Source: Eledone cirrhosa (taxonomy: Eukaryota). From it: 64,000 nucleotides of DNA. The stretch covers positions 210,552,001 to 210,616,000 of the forward strand of contig OZ024743.1 in NCBI GenBank assembly GCA_964016885.1, written 5' to 3'. Each line of letters starts with the position of its first letter. Position 1 is the first letter of the stretch. This document shows, in pieces, positions 1 to 13,369 of this stretch. The notes under the pieces were generated by a model, which saw only the letters and a list, made by a program, of their open reading frames with translations, ran no database searches and was not told the DNA's origin. A program made the translations under genes and the position numbers.

Positions 1-1737
1 CAGATGAAAGCTCTTCACCCCATAAGATATACCACAGTTTACCATCCCATAGCCACAGATGAAAGCTCTTCGCTCCATAACATATACCACAGTTTACCAT
101 CCTATAGCCACACATGAAACTCTTCACTCCATAAGATATACCACAGTTTAACATCCTAGACCCACACATGAAAGCTCTTCACTCCATAAGATATACCACA
201 GTTTACCATCCTGTAGCCAGATGAAAGCTCTTCACTCTATAAGATATACCACAGTTTACCATCCTATAGCCAGATGAAAGCTCTTCACTCCATAAGATAT
301 ACCACAGATTACCATCCTGTAGCCAGATGAAAGCTCTTCACTCCATAAGATATACAACAGTTTACCAACCTATAGCCACAGATGAAAGCTCTTCATTCCA
401 TAAGATATACCACAGTTTACCATCCTATAGCCAGATGAAAGCTCTTCACTCCATAAGATATACCACAGTTTACCATCCTATAGCCACACATTAAAGCTCT
501 TCACTCCATAAGATATACCACAGTTTACCAACCTATAGCCACAGATGAAAGCTCTTCACTCCATAAGTTATACCACAGTTTAGGATCCTATAGCCAGATG
601 AAAGCTCTTCACTCCATAAGATATACCAGTTTACCATCATATAGCCACAGATGAAAGCTCTTCACTCCATAAGATATACCACAATTTATCATCCTATAGC
701 CAGATGAAAGCTCTTCACTCCATAAGATATAACACATTCTACCATCCTATAGCCAGATGAAACACTTCACTCCATAAGATATACCACAGTTTACCATCCT
801 ATAGCCACAGTTGAAAGCTCTTCACTCCATAAGATATACCACAGTTTACCATCCTATGGCCACAGATGAAAGCTCTTCACTCCATAAGATATACCACAGT
901 TTACCATCCTATAGCCACACATGAAAGCTCTTCACTCCATAAGATATACCACAGTTTACCATCCTATAGCCATACATGAAAGCTCTTCAGTCCATAAGAT
1001 ATACCACAGTTTACCATCTTATAGCCACATATGAAAGCTCTTCACTCCATAAGATATACCACAGTTTACCATCCTATAGCCATGCATGAAAGCTCTTCAG
1101 TCCATAAGATATACCACAGTTTACCATCCTATAGCCACAGATGAAAGCTCTTCACTCCATAATATATACCACAGTTTACCATCCGATAGTGAGATGAAAG
1201 CTCTTCACTCCATAAGATATACCACGGTTTACCATCCTATAGCCACACATGAAAGCTCTTCACTCCATAAGATATACCACAGTTTACCATCCTATAGCCA
1301 CAGATGAAAGCTCTTCACTCCATAAGATATACCACAGTTTACCATTCTATGGCCACACATGAAAGCTCTTCACTCCATAAGATATACCACAGTTTACCAT
1401 GCTATAGCCACACATGAATCTCTTCACTCCATAGGATATACCACAGTTTACCATCTTATAGCCACACATGAATGCTCTTCACTCCATAGGATATACCACA
1501 GTTTACCATCCTATAGCCATACATGAAAGCTCTTCAGTCCATAAGATATACCACAGTTTACCATCCTATAGCCACAAATGAAAGCTCTTCACTCCATAAG
1601 ATATACTACAGTTTACCATCCTATAGCCAGATGAAAGCTCTTCACTCCATAAGATATAGCACAGTTTACCATCCTATAGCCACAGATGAAAGCTCTTCAC
1701 TCCATAATATATACCACAGTTTACCATCCTATAGCAA

Positions 1738-4700
1738 GATGAAAGCTTTTCACTCCATAAGATATACCACAGTTTACCATCCTATAGCCACACATGAAAG
1801 CTCTTCACTCCATAAGATATACCACAGTTTACCATCCTATAGCCAGATGAAAGCTCTTCACTCCATAAATATATCACAGTTTACCATCCCATAGCCACAG
1901 ATGAAAGCTCTTCACTCCATAAGATATACCACAGTTTACCATCCTATAGCCACACGGGAAAGCTCTTCACTCCATAAGATATACGACAGTTTACCATCCT
2001 ATATCCACACATGAAAGCTCTTCACCCCATAAGATATACCACAGTTTACCATCCTATAGCCAGATGAAAGCTCTTCACTCCATAAATATATCACAGTTTA
2101 CCATCCTATAGCCACAGATGAAAGCTCTTCACTCCATAAGATATACCACAGTTTACCATCCTATAGCCACACATGAAAGCTCTTCACTCCATAAGATATA
2201 CCACAGTTTACCATCCTGTAGCCAGATGAAAGCTCTTCATTCCATAAGATATACCACAGTTTACCATCCTATAGCCACACATGAAAGCTCTTCACTCCAT
2301 AAGATATACCACAGTTTACCATCCTATAGGCAGATGAAAACTCTTCACTCCATAAGATATACCACAGTTTACCACCCTATAGCCAGATGAAAGCTCTTCA
2401 CTCCATAAGATATACCAGTTTACCATCCTATAGCCACAGATGAAAGCTCTTCACTCCATAAGATATACCACAGTTTACCATCCTATAGCCACAGATGAAA
2501 GCTCTTCACTCCATAAGATATACCAGTTTACCATCCTATAGCCACAGATGAAAGCTCTTCACTCCATAAGATATACCACAGTTTACCACCCTATAGCCAG
2601 ATGAAAGCTCTTCACTCCATAAGATATACCAGAGTTTACCATCCTATAGCCACACATGAAAGCTCTTCACTCCATAAGATATACCACAGTTTACCATCAT
2701 ATAGCCACAGATGAATGCACATCACTCCATAAGATATACCACAGTTTACCATCCTATAGCCACAGATGAAAGCTCTTCACCCCATAAGATAAACCACAGT
2801 TTACCATCCCATAGCCACAGATGAAAGCTCTTCGCTCCATAAGATATACCACAGTTTACCATCCTATAGCCACACATGAAAGCTCTTCACTCCATAAGAT
2901 ATACCACAGTTTAACATCCTAGAGCCACACATGAAAGCTCTTCACTCCATAAGATATACCACAGTTTACCATCCTGTAGCCAGATGAAAGCTCTTCACTC
3001 TATAAGATATACCACAGTTTACCATCCTATAGCCAGATGAAAGCTCTTCACTCCATAAGATATACCACAGATTACCATCCTGTAGCCAGATGAAAGCTCT
3101 TCAGTCCATAAGATATACCACAGTTTACCATCCTATAGCCACAGATGAAAGCTCTTCACTCCATAATATATACCACAGTTTACCATCCGATAGCGAGATG
3201 AAAGCTCTTCACTCCATAAGATATACCACGGTTTACCATCCTATAGCCACACATGAAAGCTCTTCACTCCATAAGATATACCACAGTTTACCATCCTATA
3301 GCCACAGATGAAAGCTCTTCACTCCATAAGATATACCACAGTTTACCATCCTATGGCCACACATGAAAGCTCTTCACTCCATAAGATATACCACAGTTTA
3401 CCATTCTATAGACACACATGAAACTCTTCACTCCATAGGATATAACACAGTTTACCATCATATAGCCATACATGAAAGCTCTTCAGTCCATAAGATATAC
3501 CACAGTTTACCATCCTATAGCCACAGATAAAAGCTCTTCACTCCATAAGATATACTACAGTTTACCATCCTATAGCCAGATGAAAGCTCTTCACTCCATA
3601 AGATATAGCACAGTTTACCATCCTATAGCCACAGATGAAAGCTCTTCGCTCCATGAGATATACCACAGTTTACCACCCTATAGCCAGATGAAAGATCTTC
3701 ACTCCATAAGATATACCAGTTTACCATCCTATAGCCACAGATGAAAGCTCTTCACTCCATAAGATATACCACAGTTTACCACCCTATAGCCAGATGGAAG
3801 CTCTTCACTCCATAAGATATACCAGAGTTTACCATCCTATAGCCACACATGAAAGCTCTTCACTCCATAAGATATACCACAGTTTACCATCATATAGCCA
3901 CAGATGAATGCACATCACTCCATAAGATATACCACAGTTTAGCATCCTATAGCCACAGATGAAAGCTCTTCACCCCATAAGATATACCACAGTTTACCAT
4001 CCTATAGCCACAGATGAAAGCTCTTCGCTCCATAAGATATACCACAGTTTACCATCCTATAGCCACACATGAAAGCTCTTCACTCCATAAGATATACCAC
4101 AGTTTAACATCCTATAGCCACACATGAAAGCTCTTCATTCCATAAGATATACCACAGTTTACCATCCTATAGCCACAGATGAAAGCTCTTCACCCCATAA
4201 GATATACCACAGTTTACCATCCTATAGCCAGATGAAAGCTCTTCACTCCATAAATATATCACAGTTTACCATCCTATAGCCACAGATGAAAGCTCTTCAC
4301 TCCATAAGATATACCACAGTTTACCATCGTATAGCCACACATGAAAGCTCTTCACTCCATAAGATATACCACAGTTTACCATCCTGTAGCCAGATGAAAG
4401 CTCTTCATTCCATAAGATATACCACAGTTTACCATCCTATAGCCACACATGAAAGCTCTTCACTCCATAAGATATACCACAGTTTACCATCCTATAGGCA
4501 GATGAAATCTCTTCACTCCATAAGATATACCACAGTTTACCACCCTATAGCCAGATGAAAGCTCTTCACTCCATAAGATATACCAGTTTACCATCCTATA
4601 GCCACAGATGAAAGCTCTTCGCTCCACAAGATATACCACAGTTTACCACCCTATAGCCAGATGAAAGATCTTCACTCCATAAGATATACCAGTTTACCAT

Positions 4701-7700
4701 CCTATAGCCACAGATGAAAGCTCTTCACACCATAAGATATACCACAGTTTACCATCCTATAGCCACAGATGAAAGCTCTTCACTCCATAAGATATACCAG
4801 TTTACCATCCTATAGCCACAGATGAAAGCTCTTCACTCCATAAGATATACCACAGTTTACCATCTTATAGCCACATATGAAAGCTCTTCACTCCATAAGA
4901 TATACCAGAGTTTACCATCCTATTGCCACACATGAAAGCTCTTCACTCCATAAGATATACCACAGTTTACCATCATATAGCCACAGATGAATGCACATCA
5001 CTCCATAAGATATACCACAGTTTACCATCCTATAGCCACAGATGAAAGCTCTTCACCCCATAAGATATACCACAGTTTACCATCCTATAGCCACAGATGA
5101 AAGCTCTTCGCTCCATAAGATATACCACAGTTTCCCATCCTATAGCCACACATGAAAGCTCTTCACTCCATAAGATATACCACAGTTTAACATCCTAGAG
5201 CCACACATGAAAGCTCTTCACTCCATAAGATATACGACAGTTTACCATCCTGTAGCCAGATGAAAGCTCTTCACTCTATAAGATATACCACAGTTTACCA
5301 TCCTATAGCCACAGATGAAAGCTCTTCACTCCATAAGATATACCACAGATTACCATCCTGTAGCCAGATGAAAGCTCTTCACTCCATAAGATATACAACA
5401 GTTTACCAACCTATAGCCACAGATGAAAGCTCTTCACTCCATAAGATATACCACAGTTTACCATCCTATAGCCAGATGAAAGCTTTTCACTCCATAAGAT
5501 ATACCACAGTTTACCATCCTATAGCCACACATGAAAGCTCTTCACTCCATAAGATATACCACAGTTTACCATCCTATAGCCAGATGAAAGCTCTTCACTC
5601 CATAAATATATCACAGTTTACCATCCCATAGCCACAGATGAAAGCTCTTCACTCCATAAGATATACCACAGTTTACCATCCTATAGCCACACGGGAAAGC
5701 TCTTCACTCCATAAGATATACGACAGTTTACCATCCTATATCCACACATGAAAGCTCTTCACCCCATAAGATATACCACAGTTTACCATCCTATAGCCAG
5801 ATGAAAGCTCTTCACTCCATAAATATATCACAGTTTACCATCCTATAGCCACAGATGAAAGCTCTTCACTTCATAAGATATACCACAGTTTACCATCCTA
5901 TAGCCACACATGAAAGCTCTTCACTCCATAAGATATACCACAGTTTACCATCCTGTAGCCAGATGAAAGCTCTTCATTCCATAAGATATACCACAGTTTA
6001 CCATCCTATAGCCACACATGAAAGCTCTTCACTCCATAAGATATACCACAGTTTACCATCCTATAGGCAGATGAAAACTCTTCACTCCATAAGATATACC
6101 ACAGTTTACCACCCTATAGCCAGATGAAAGCTCTTCACTCCATAAGATATACCAGTTTACCATCCTATAGCCACAGATGAAAGCTCTTCACTCCATAAGA
6201 TATACCACAGTTTACCATCCTATAGCCACAGATGAAAGCTCTTCACTCCATAAGATATACCAGTTTACCATCCTATAGCCACAGATGAAAGCTCTTCACT
6301 CCATAAGATATACCACAGTTTACCACCCTATAGCCAGATGAAAGCTCTTCACTCCATAAGATATACCAGAGTTTACCATCCTATAGCCACACATGAAAGC
6401 TCTTCACTCCATAAGATATACCACAGTTTACCATCATATAGCCACAGATGAATGCACATCACTCCATAAGATATACCACAGTTTACCATCCTATAGCCAC
6501 AGATGAAAGCTCTTCACCCCATAAGATAAACCACAGTTTACCATCCCATAGCCACAGATGAAAGCTCTTCGCTCCATAAGATATACCACAGTTTACCATC
6601 CTATAGCCACACATGAAAGCTCTTCACTCCATAAGATATACCACAGTTTAACATCCTAGAGCCACACATGAAAGCTCTTCACTCCATAAGATATACCACA
6701 GTTTACCATCCTGTAGCCAGATGAAAGCTCTTCACTCTATAAGATATACCACAGTTTACCATCCTATAGCCAGATGAAAGCTCTTCACTCCATAAGATAT
6801 ACCACAGATTACCATCCTGTAGCCAGATGAAAGCTCTTCAGTCCATAAGATATACCACAGTTTACCATCCTATAGCCACAGATGAAAGCTCTTCACTCCA
6901 TAATATATACCACAGTTTACCATCCGATAGCGAGATGAAAGCTCTTCACTCCATAAGATATACCACGGTTTACCATCCTATAGCCACACATGAAAGCTCT
7001 TCACTCCATAAGATATACCACAGTTTACCATCCTATAGCCACAGATGAAAGCTCTTCACTCCATAAGATATACCACAGTTTACCATCCTATGGCCACACA
7101 TGAAAGCTCTTCACTCCATAAGATATACCACAGTTTACCATTCTATAGACACACATGAAACTCTTCACTCCATAGGATATAACACAGTTTACCATCATAT
7201 AGCCATACATGAAAGCTCTTCAGTCCATAAGATATACCACAGTTTACCATCCTATAGCCACAGATAAAAGCTCTTCACTCCATAAGATATACTACAGTTT
7301 ACCATCCTATAGCCAGATGAAAGCTCTTCACTCCATAAGATATAGCACAGTTTACCATCCTATAGCCACAGATGAAAGCTCTTCGCTCCATGAGATATAC
7401 CACAGTTTACCACCCTATAGCCAGATGAAAGATCTTCACTCCATAAGATATACCAGTTTACCATCCTATAGCCACAGATGAAAGCTCTTCACTCCATAAG
7501 ATATACCACAGTTTACCACCCTATAGCCAGATGGAAGCTCTTCACTCCATAAGATATACCAGAGTTTACCATCCTATAGCCACACATGAAAGCTCTTCAC
7601 TCCATAAGATATACCACAGTTTACCATCATATAGCCACAGATGAATGCACATCACTCCATAAGATATACCACAGTTTAGCATCCTATAGCCACAGATGAA

Positions 7701-9220
7701 AGCTCTTCACCCCATAAGATATACCACAGTTTACCATCCTATAGCCACAGATGAAAGCTCTTCGCTCCATAAGATATACCACAGTTTACCATCCTATAGC
7801 CACACATGAAAGCTCTTCACTCCATAAGATATACCACAGTTTAACATCCTATAGCCACACATGAAAGCTCTTCATTCCATAAGATATACCACAGTTTACC
7901 ATCCTATAGCCACAGATGAAAGCTCTTCACCCCATAAGATATACCACAGTTTACCATCCTATAGCCAGATGAAAGCTCTTCACTCCATAAATATATCACA
8001 GTTTACCATCCTATAGCCACAGATGAAAGCTCTTCACTCCATAAGATATACCACAGTTTACCATCGTATAGCCACACATGAAAGCTCTTCACTCCATAAG
8101 ATATACCACAGTTTACCATCCTGTAGCCAGATGAAAGCTCTTCATTCCATAAGATATACCACAGTTTACCATCCTATAGCCACACATGAAAGCTCTTCAC
8201 TCCATAAGATATACCACAGTTTACCATCCTATAGGCAGATGAAATCTCTTCACTCCATAAGATATACCACAGTTTACCACCCTATAGCCAGATGAAAGCT
8301 CTTCACTCCATAAGATATACCAGTTTACCATCCTATAGCCACAGATGAAAGCTCTTCGCTCCACAAGATATACCACAGTTTACCACCCTATAGCCAGATG
8401 AAAGATCTTCACTCCATAAGATATACCAGTTTACCATCCTATAGCCACAGATGAAAGCTCTTCACACCATAAGATATACCACAGTTTACCATCCTATAGC
8501 CACAGATGAAAGCTCTTCACTCCATAAGATATACCAGTTTACCATCCTATAGCCACAGATGAAAGCTCTTCACTCCATAAGATATACCACAGTTTACCAT
8601 CTTATAGCCACATATGAAAGCTCTTCACTCCATAAGATATACCAGAGTTTACCATCCTATTGCCACACATGAAAGCTCTTCACTCCATAAGATATACCAC
8701 AGTTTACCATCATATAGCCACAGATGAATGCACATCACTCCATAAGATATACCACAGTTTACCATCCTATAGCCACAGATGAAAGCTCTTCACCCCATAA
8801 GATATACCACAGTTTACCATCCTATAGCCACAGATGAAAGCTCTTCGCTCCATAAGATATACCACAGTTTCCCATCCTATAGCCACACATGAAAGCTCTT
8901 CACTCCATAAGATATACCACAGTTTAACATCCTAGAGCCACACATGAAAGCTCTTCACTCCATAAGATATACGACAGTTTACCATCCTGTAGCCAGATGA
9001 AAGCTCTTCACTCTATAAGATATACCACAGTTTACCATCCTATAGCCACAGATGAAAGCTCTTCACTCCATAAGATATACCACAGATTACCATCCTGTAG
9101 CCAGATGAAAGCTCTTCACTCCATAAGATATACAACAGTTTACCAACCTATAGCCACAGATGAAAGCTCTTCACTCCATAAGATATACCACAGTTTACCA
9201 TCCTATAGCCAGATGAAAGC
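1738..9220 (+). repeat. Higher-order tandem duplication, period 3,737 bp (~69 monomers), 2 copies
   Basis: ORF starts are offset by exactly 3,737 (2118/5855, 3090/6827, 3472/7209, 4286/8023, 5260/8997). Rare variants recur at the same offset, e.g. AGCTTTTC at 1744/5481. Confidence 0.93.
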
Positions 9221-12200
9221 TCTTCACTCCATAAGATATACCACAGTATACCATCCTATAGCGACACATTAAAGCTCTTCACTCCATAAGATATACCACA
9301 GTTTACCAACTTATAGCCACAGATGAAAGCTCTTCACTCCATAAGATATACCACAGTTTATCATTCTATAGCCAGATGAAAGCTCTTCACTCCATAAGAA
9401 ATAACACATTCTACCATCCTATAGCCAGATGAAACACTTCACTCCATAAGATATACCAAAGTTTACCATCCTATAGCCACAGATGAAAGCTCTTCACTCC
9501 ATAAGATATACCACAGTTTACCATCCTATGGCCACAGATGAAAGCTCTTCACTCCATAAGATATACCACAGTTTACCATCCTATAGCCACACATGAAAGG
9601 TCTTCACTCCATAAGATATACCACAGTTTACCATCCTATAGCCATACATGAAAGCTCTTCAGTCCATAAGATATACCACAGTTTACCATCTTATAGCCAC
9701 ATATGAAAGCTCTTCACTCCATAAGATATACCACAGTTTACCATCCTATAGCCATGCATGAAAGCTCTTCAGTCCATAAGATATACCACAGTTTACCATC
9801 CTATAGCCACAGATGAAAGCTCTTCACTCCATAATATATACCACAGTTTACCATCCGATAGCTAGATGAAAGCTCTTCACTCCATAAGATATACCACGGT
9901 TTACCATCCTATAGCCACACATGAAAGCTCTTCACTCCATAAGATATACCACAGTTTACCATCCTATAGCCACAGATGAAAGCTCTTCACTCCATAAGAT
10001 ATACCACAGTTTACCATCCTATGGCCACACATGAAAGCTCTTCACTCCATAAGATATACCACAATTTACCATCCTATAGCCACACATGAAACTCTTCACT
10101 CCATAGGATATACCACAGTTTACCATCCTATAGCCACAGATGAAAGCTCTTCACTCCATAAGATATACCACAGTTTACCATCCTATGGCCACACATGAAA
10201 GCTCTTCACTCCATAAGATATACCACAGTTTACCATCCTATAGCCACACATGAATGCTCTTCACTCCATAGGATATAACAGTTTACCATCCTATAGCCAT
10301 ACATGAAAGCTCTTCAGTCCATAAGATATACCACAGTTTACCATCCTATAGCCACAGATGAAAGCTCTTCACTCCATAATATATACCACAGTTTACCATC
10401 CTATAGCAAGATGAAAGCTCTTCACTCCATAAGATATACCACAGTTTACCATCCTATAGCCACACATGAAAGCTCTTCACTCCATAAATATATCACAGTT
10501 TACCATCCTATAGCCACAGATGAAAGCTCTTCACTCCATAAGATATACCACAGTTTATCATCCTATAGCCACACATGAAAACTCTTCACTCCATAAGATA
10601 TACCACAGTTTACCATTCTGTAGCCAGATGAAAGCTCTTCATTCCATAAGATATACCACAGTTTACCATCCTATAGCCACAAATGAAAGCTCTTCACTCC
10701 ATAAGATATACCACAGTTTACCATCCTATAGGCAGATGAAAACTCTTCACTCCATAAGATATACCACAGTTTACCACCCTATAGCCAGATGAAAGCTCTT
10801 CACTCCATAAGACATACCAGTTTACCATCCTATAGCCACAGATGAAAGCTCTTCACTCCATAAGATATACCACAGTTTACCACCCTATAGCCAGATGAAA
10901 GCTCTTCACTCCATAAGATATACCAGAGTTTACCATCCTATAGCCACACATGAAAGCTCTTCACTCCATAAGATATACCACAGTTTACCATCATATAGCC
11001 ACAGATGAATGCACATCACTCCATAAGATATACCACAGTTTACCATCCTATAGCCACAGATGAAAGTTCTTCACCCCATAAGATATACCACAGTTTACCA
11101 TCCTATAGCCACAGATGAAAGCTCTTCGCTCCATAAGATATACCACAGTTTACCATCCTATAGCCACACATGAAAGCTCTTCACTCCATAAGATATACCA
11201 GAGATTACCATCCTGTAGCCAGATGAAAGCTCTTCACTCCATAAGATATACAACAGTTTACCAACCTATAGCCACAGATGAAAGCTCTTCACTCCATAAG
11301 ATATACCACAGTTTACCATCCTATATCCAGATGAAAGCTCTTCACTCCATAAGATATACCACAGTTTACCATCCTATAGCCACACATTAAAGCTCTTCAC
11401 TCCATAAGATATACCACAGTTTACCAACCTATAGCCACAGATGAAAGCTCTTCACTCCATAAGTTATACCACAGTTTACCATCCTATAGCCAGATGAAAG
11501 CTCTTCACTCCATAAGATATACCAGTTTACCATCATATAGCCACAGATGAAAGCTCTTCACTCCATAAGATATACCACAGTTTACCATCCTATAGCCATA
11601 CATGAAAGCTCTTCAGTCCATAAGATATACCACAGTTTACCATTCTATAGCCAGATGAAAGCTCTTCACTCCATAAGATATACCACATTCTACCATCCTA
11701 TAGCCAGATGAAACCCTTCACTCCAAAAGATATACCACAGTTTACCATCCTATAGCCACAGATGAAAGCTCTTCACTCCATAAGATATACCACAGTTTAC
11801 CATCCTATGGCCACAGATGAAAGCTCTTCACTCCATAAGATATACCACAGTTTACCATCCTATAGCCACACATGAAAGCTCTTCACTCCATAAGATATAC
11901 CACAGTTTACCATCCTATAGCCATACATGAAAGCTCTTCAGTCCATGAGATGTAACACAGTTTACCATCTTATAGCCACACATGAAAGCTGTTCACTCCA
12001 TAAGATATACCACAGTTTACCATCCTATAGCCATGCATGAAAGCTCTTCAGTCCATAAGATATACCACAGTTTACCATCCTATAGCCACAGATGAAAGCT
12101 CTTCACTCCATAATATATACCACAGTTTACCATCCGATAGCGAGATGAAAGCTCTTCACTCCATAAGATATACCACAGTTTACCATCCTATAGCCATGCA

Positions 12201-13369
12201 TGAAAGCTCTTCAGTCCATAAGATATACCACAGTTTACCATCCTATAGCCAGATGAAAGCTCTTCACTCCATAAGATATACCACAGTTTACCATCCTATA
12301 GCCACAGATGAAAGCTCTTCACTCCATAAGATATACCACAGTTTACCATCCTATAGCCATACATGAAAGCTCTTCAGTCCATAGGATATACCACAGTTTA
12401 CCATCCTATAGCCATACATGAAAGCTCTTCAGTCCATAAGATATACCACAGTTTACCATCCTATAGCCACAGATGAAAGCTCTTCACCCCATAAGATATA
12501 CCACAGTTTACCATCCCATAGCCACAGATGAAAGCTCTTCGCTCCATAAGATATACCACAGTTTACCATCCTATAGCCACACATGAAAGCTCTTCACTCC
12601 ATAAGATATACCACAGTTTAACATCCTAGGGCCACACATGAAAGCTCTTCACTCCATAAGATATACCACAGTTTACCATCCTGTAGCCAGATGAAAGCTC
12701 TTCACTCTATAAGATATACCACAGTTTACCATCCTATAGCCAGATGAAAGCTCTTCACTCCATAAGATATACCACAGATTACCATCCTGTAGCCAGATGA
12801 AAGCTCTTCAGTCCATAAGATATACCACAGTTTACCATCCTATAGCCACAGATGAAAGCTCTTCACTCCATAATATATACCACAGTTTACCATCCGATAG
12901 CGAGATGAAAGCTCTTCACTCCATAAGATATACCACGGTTTACCATCCTATAGCCACACATGAAAGCTCTTCACTCCATAAGATATACCACAGTTTACCA
13001 TCCTATAGCCACAGATGAAAGCTCTTCACTCCATAAGATATACCGCAGTTTACCATCCTATGGCCACACATGAAAGCTCTTCACTCCATAAGATATACCA
13101 CAGTTTACCATTCTATAGCCACACATGAAACTCTTCACTCCATAGGATATACCACAGTTTACCATCATATAGCCATACATGAAAGCTCTTCAGTCCATAA
13201 GATATACCACAGTTTACCATCCTATAGCCACAGATAAAAGCTCTTCACTCCATAAGATATACTACAGTTTACCATCCTATAGCCAGATGAAAGCTCTTCA
13301 CTCCATAAGATATAGCACAGTTTACCATCCTATAGCCACAGATGAAAGCTCTTCGCTCCATAAGATATA

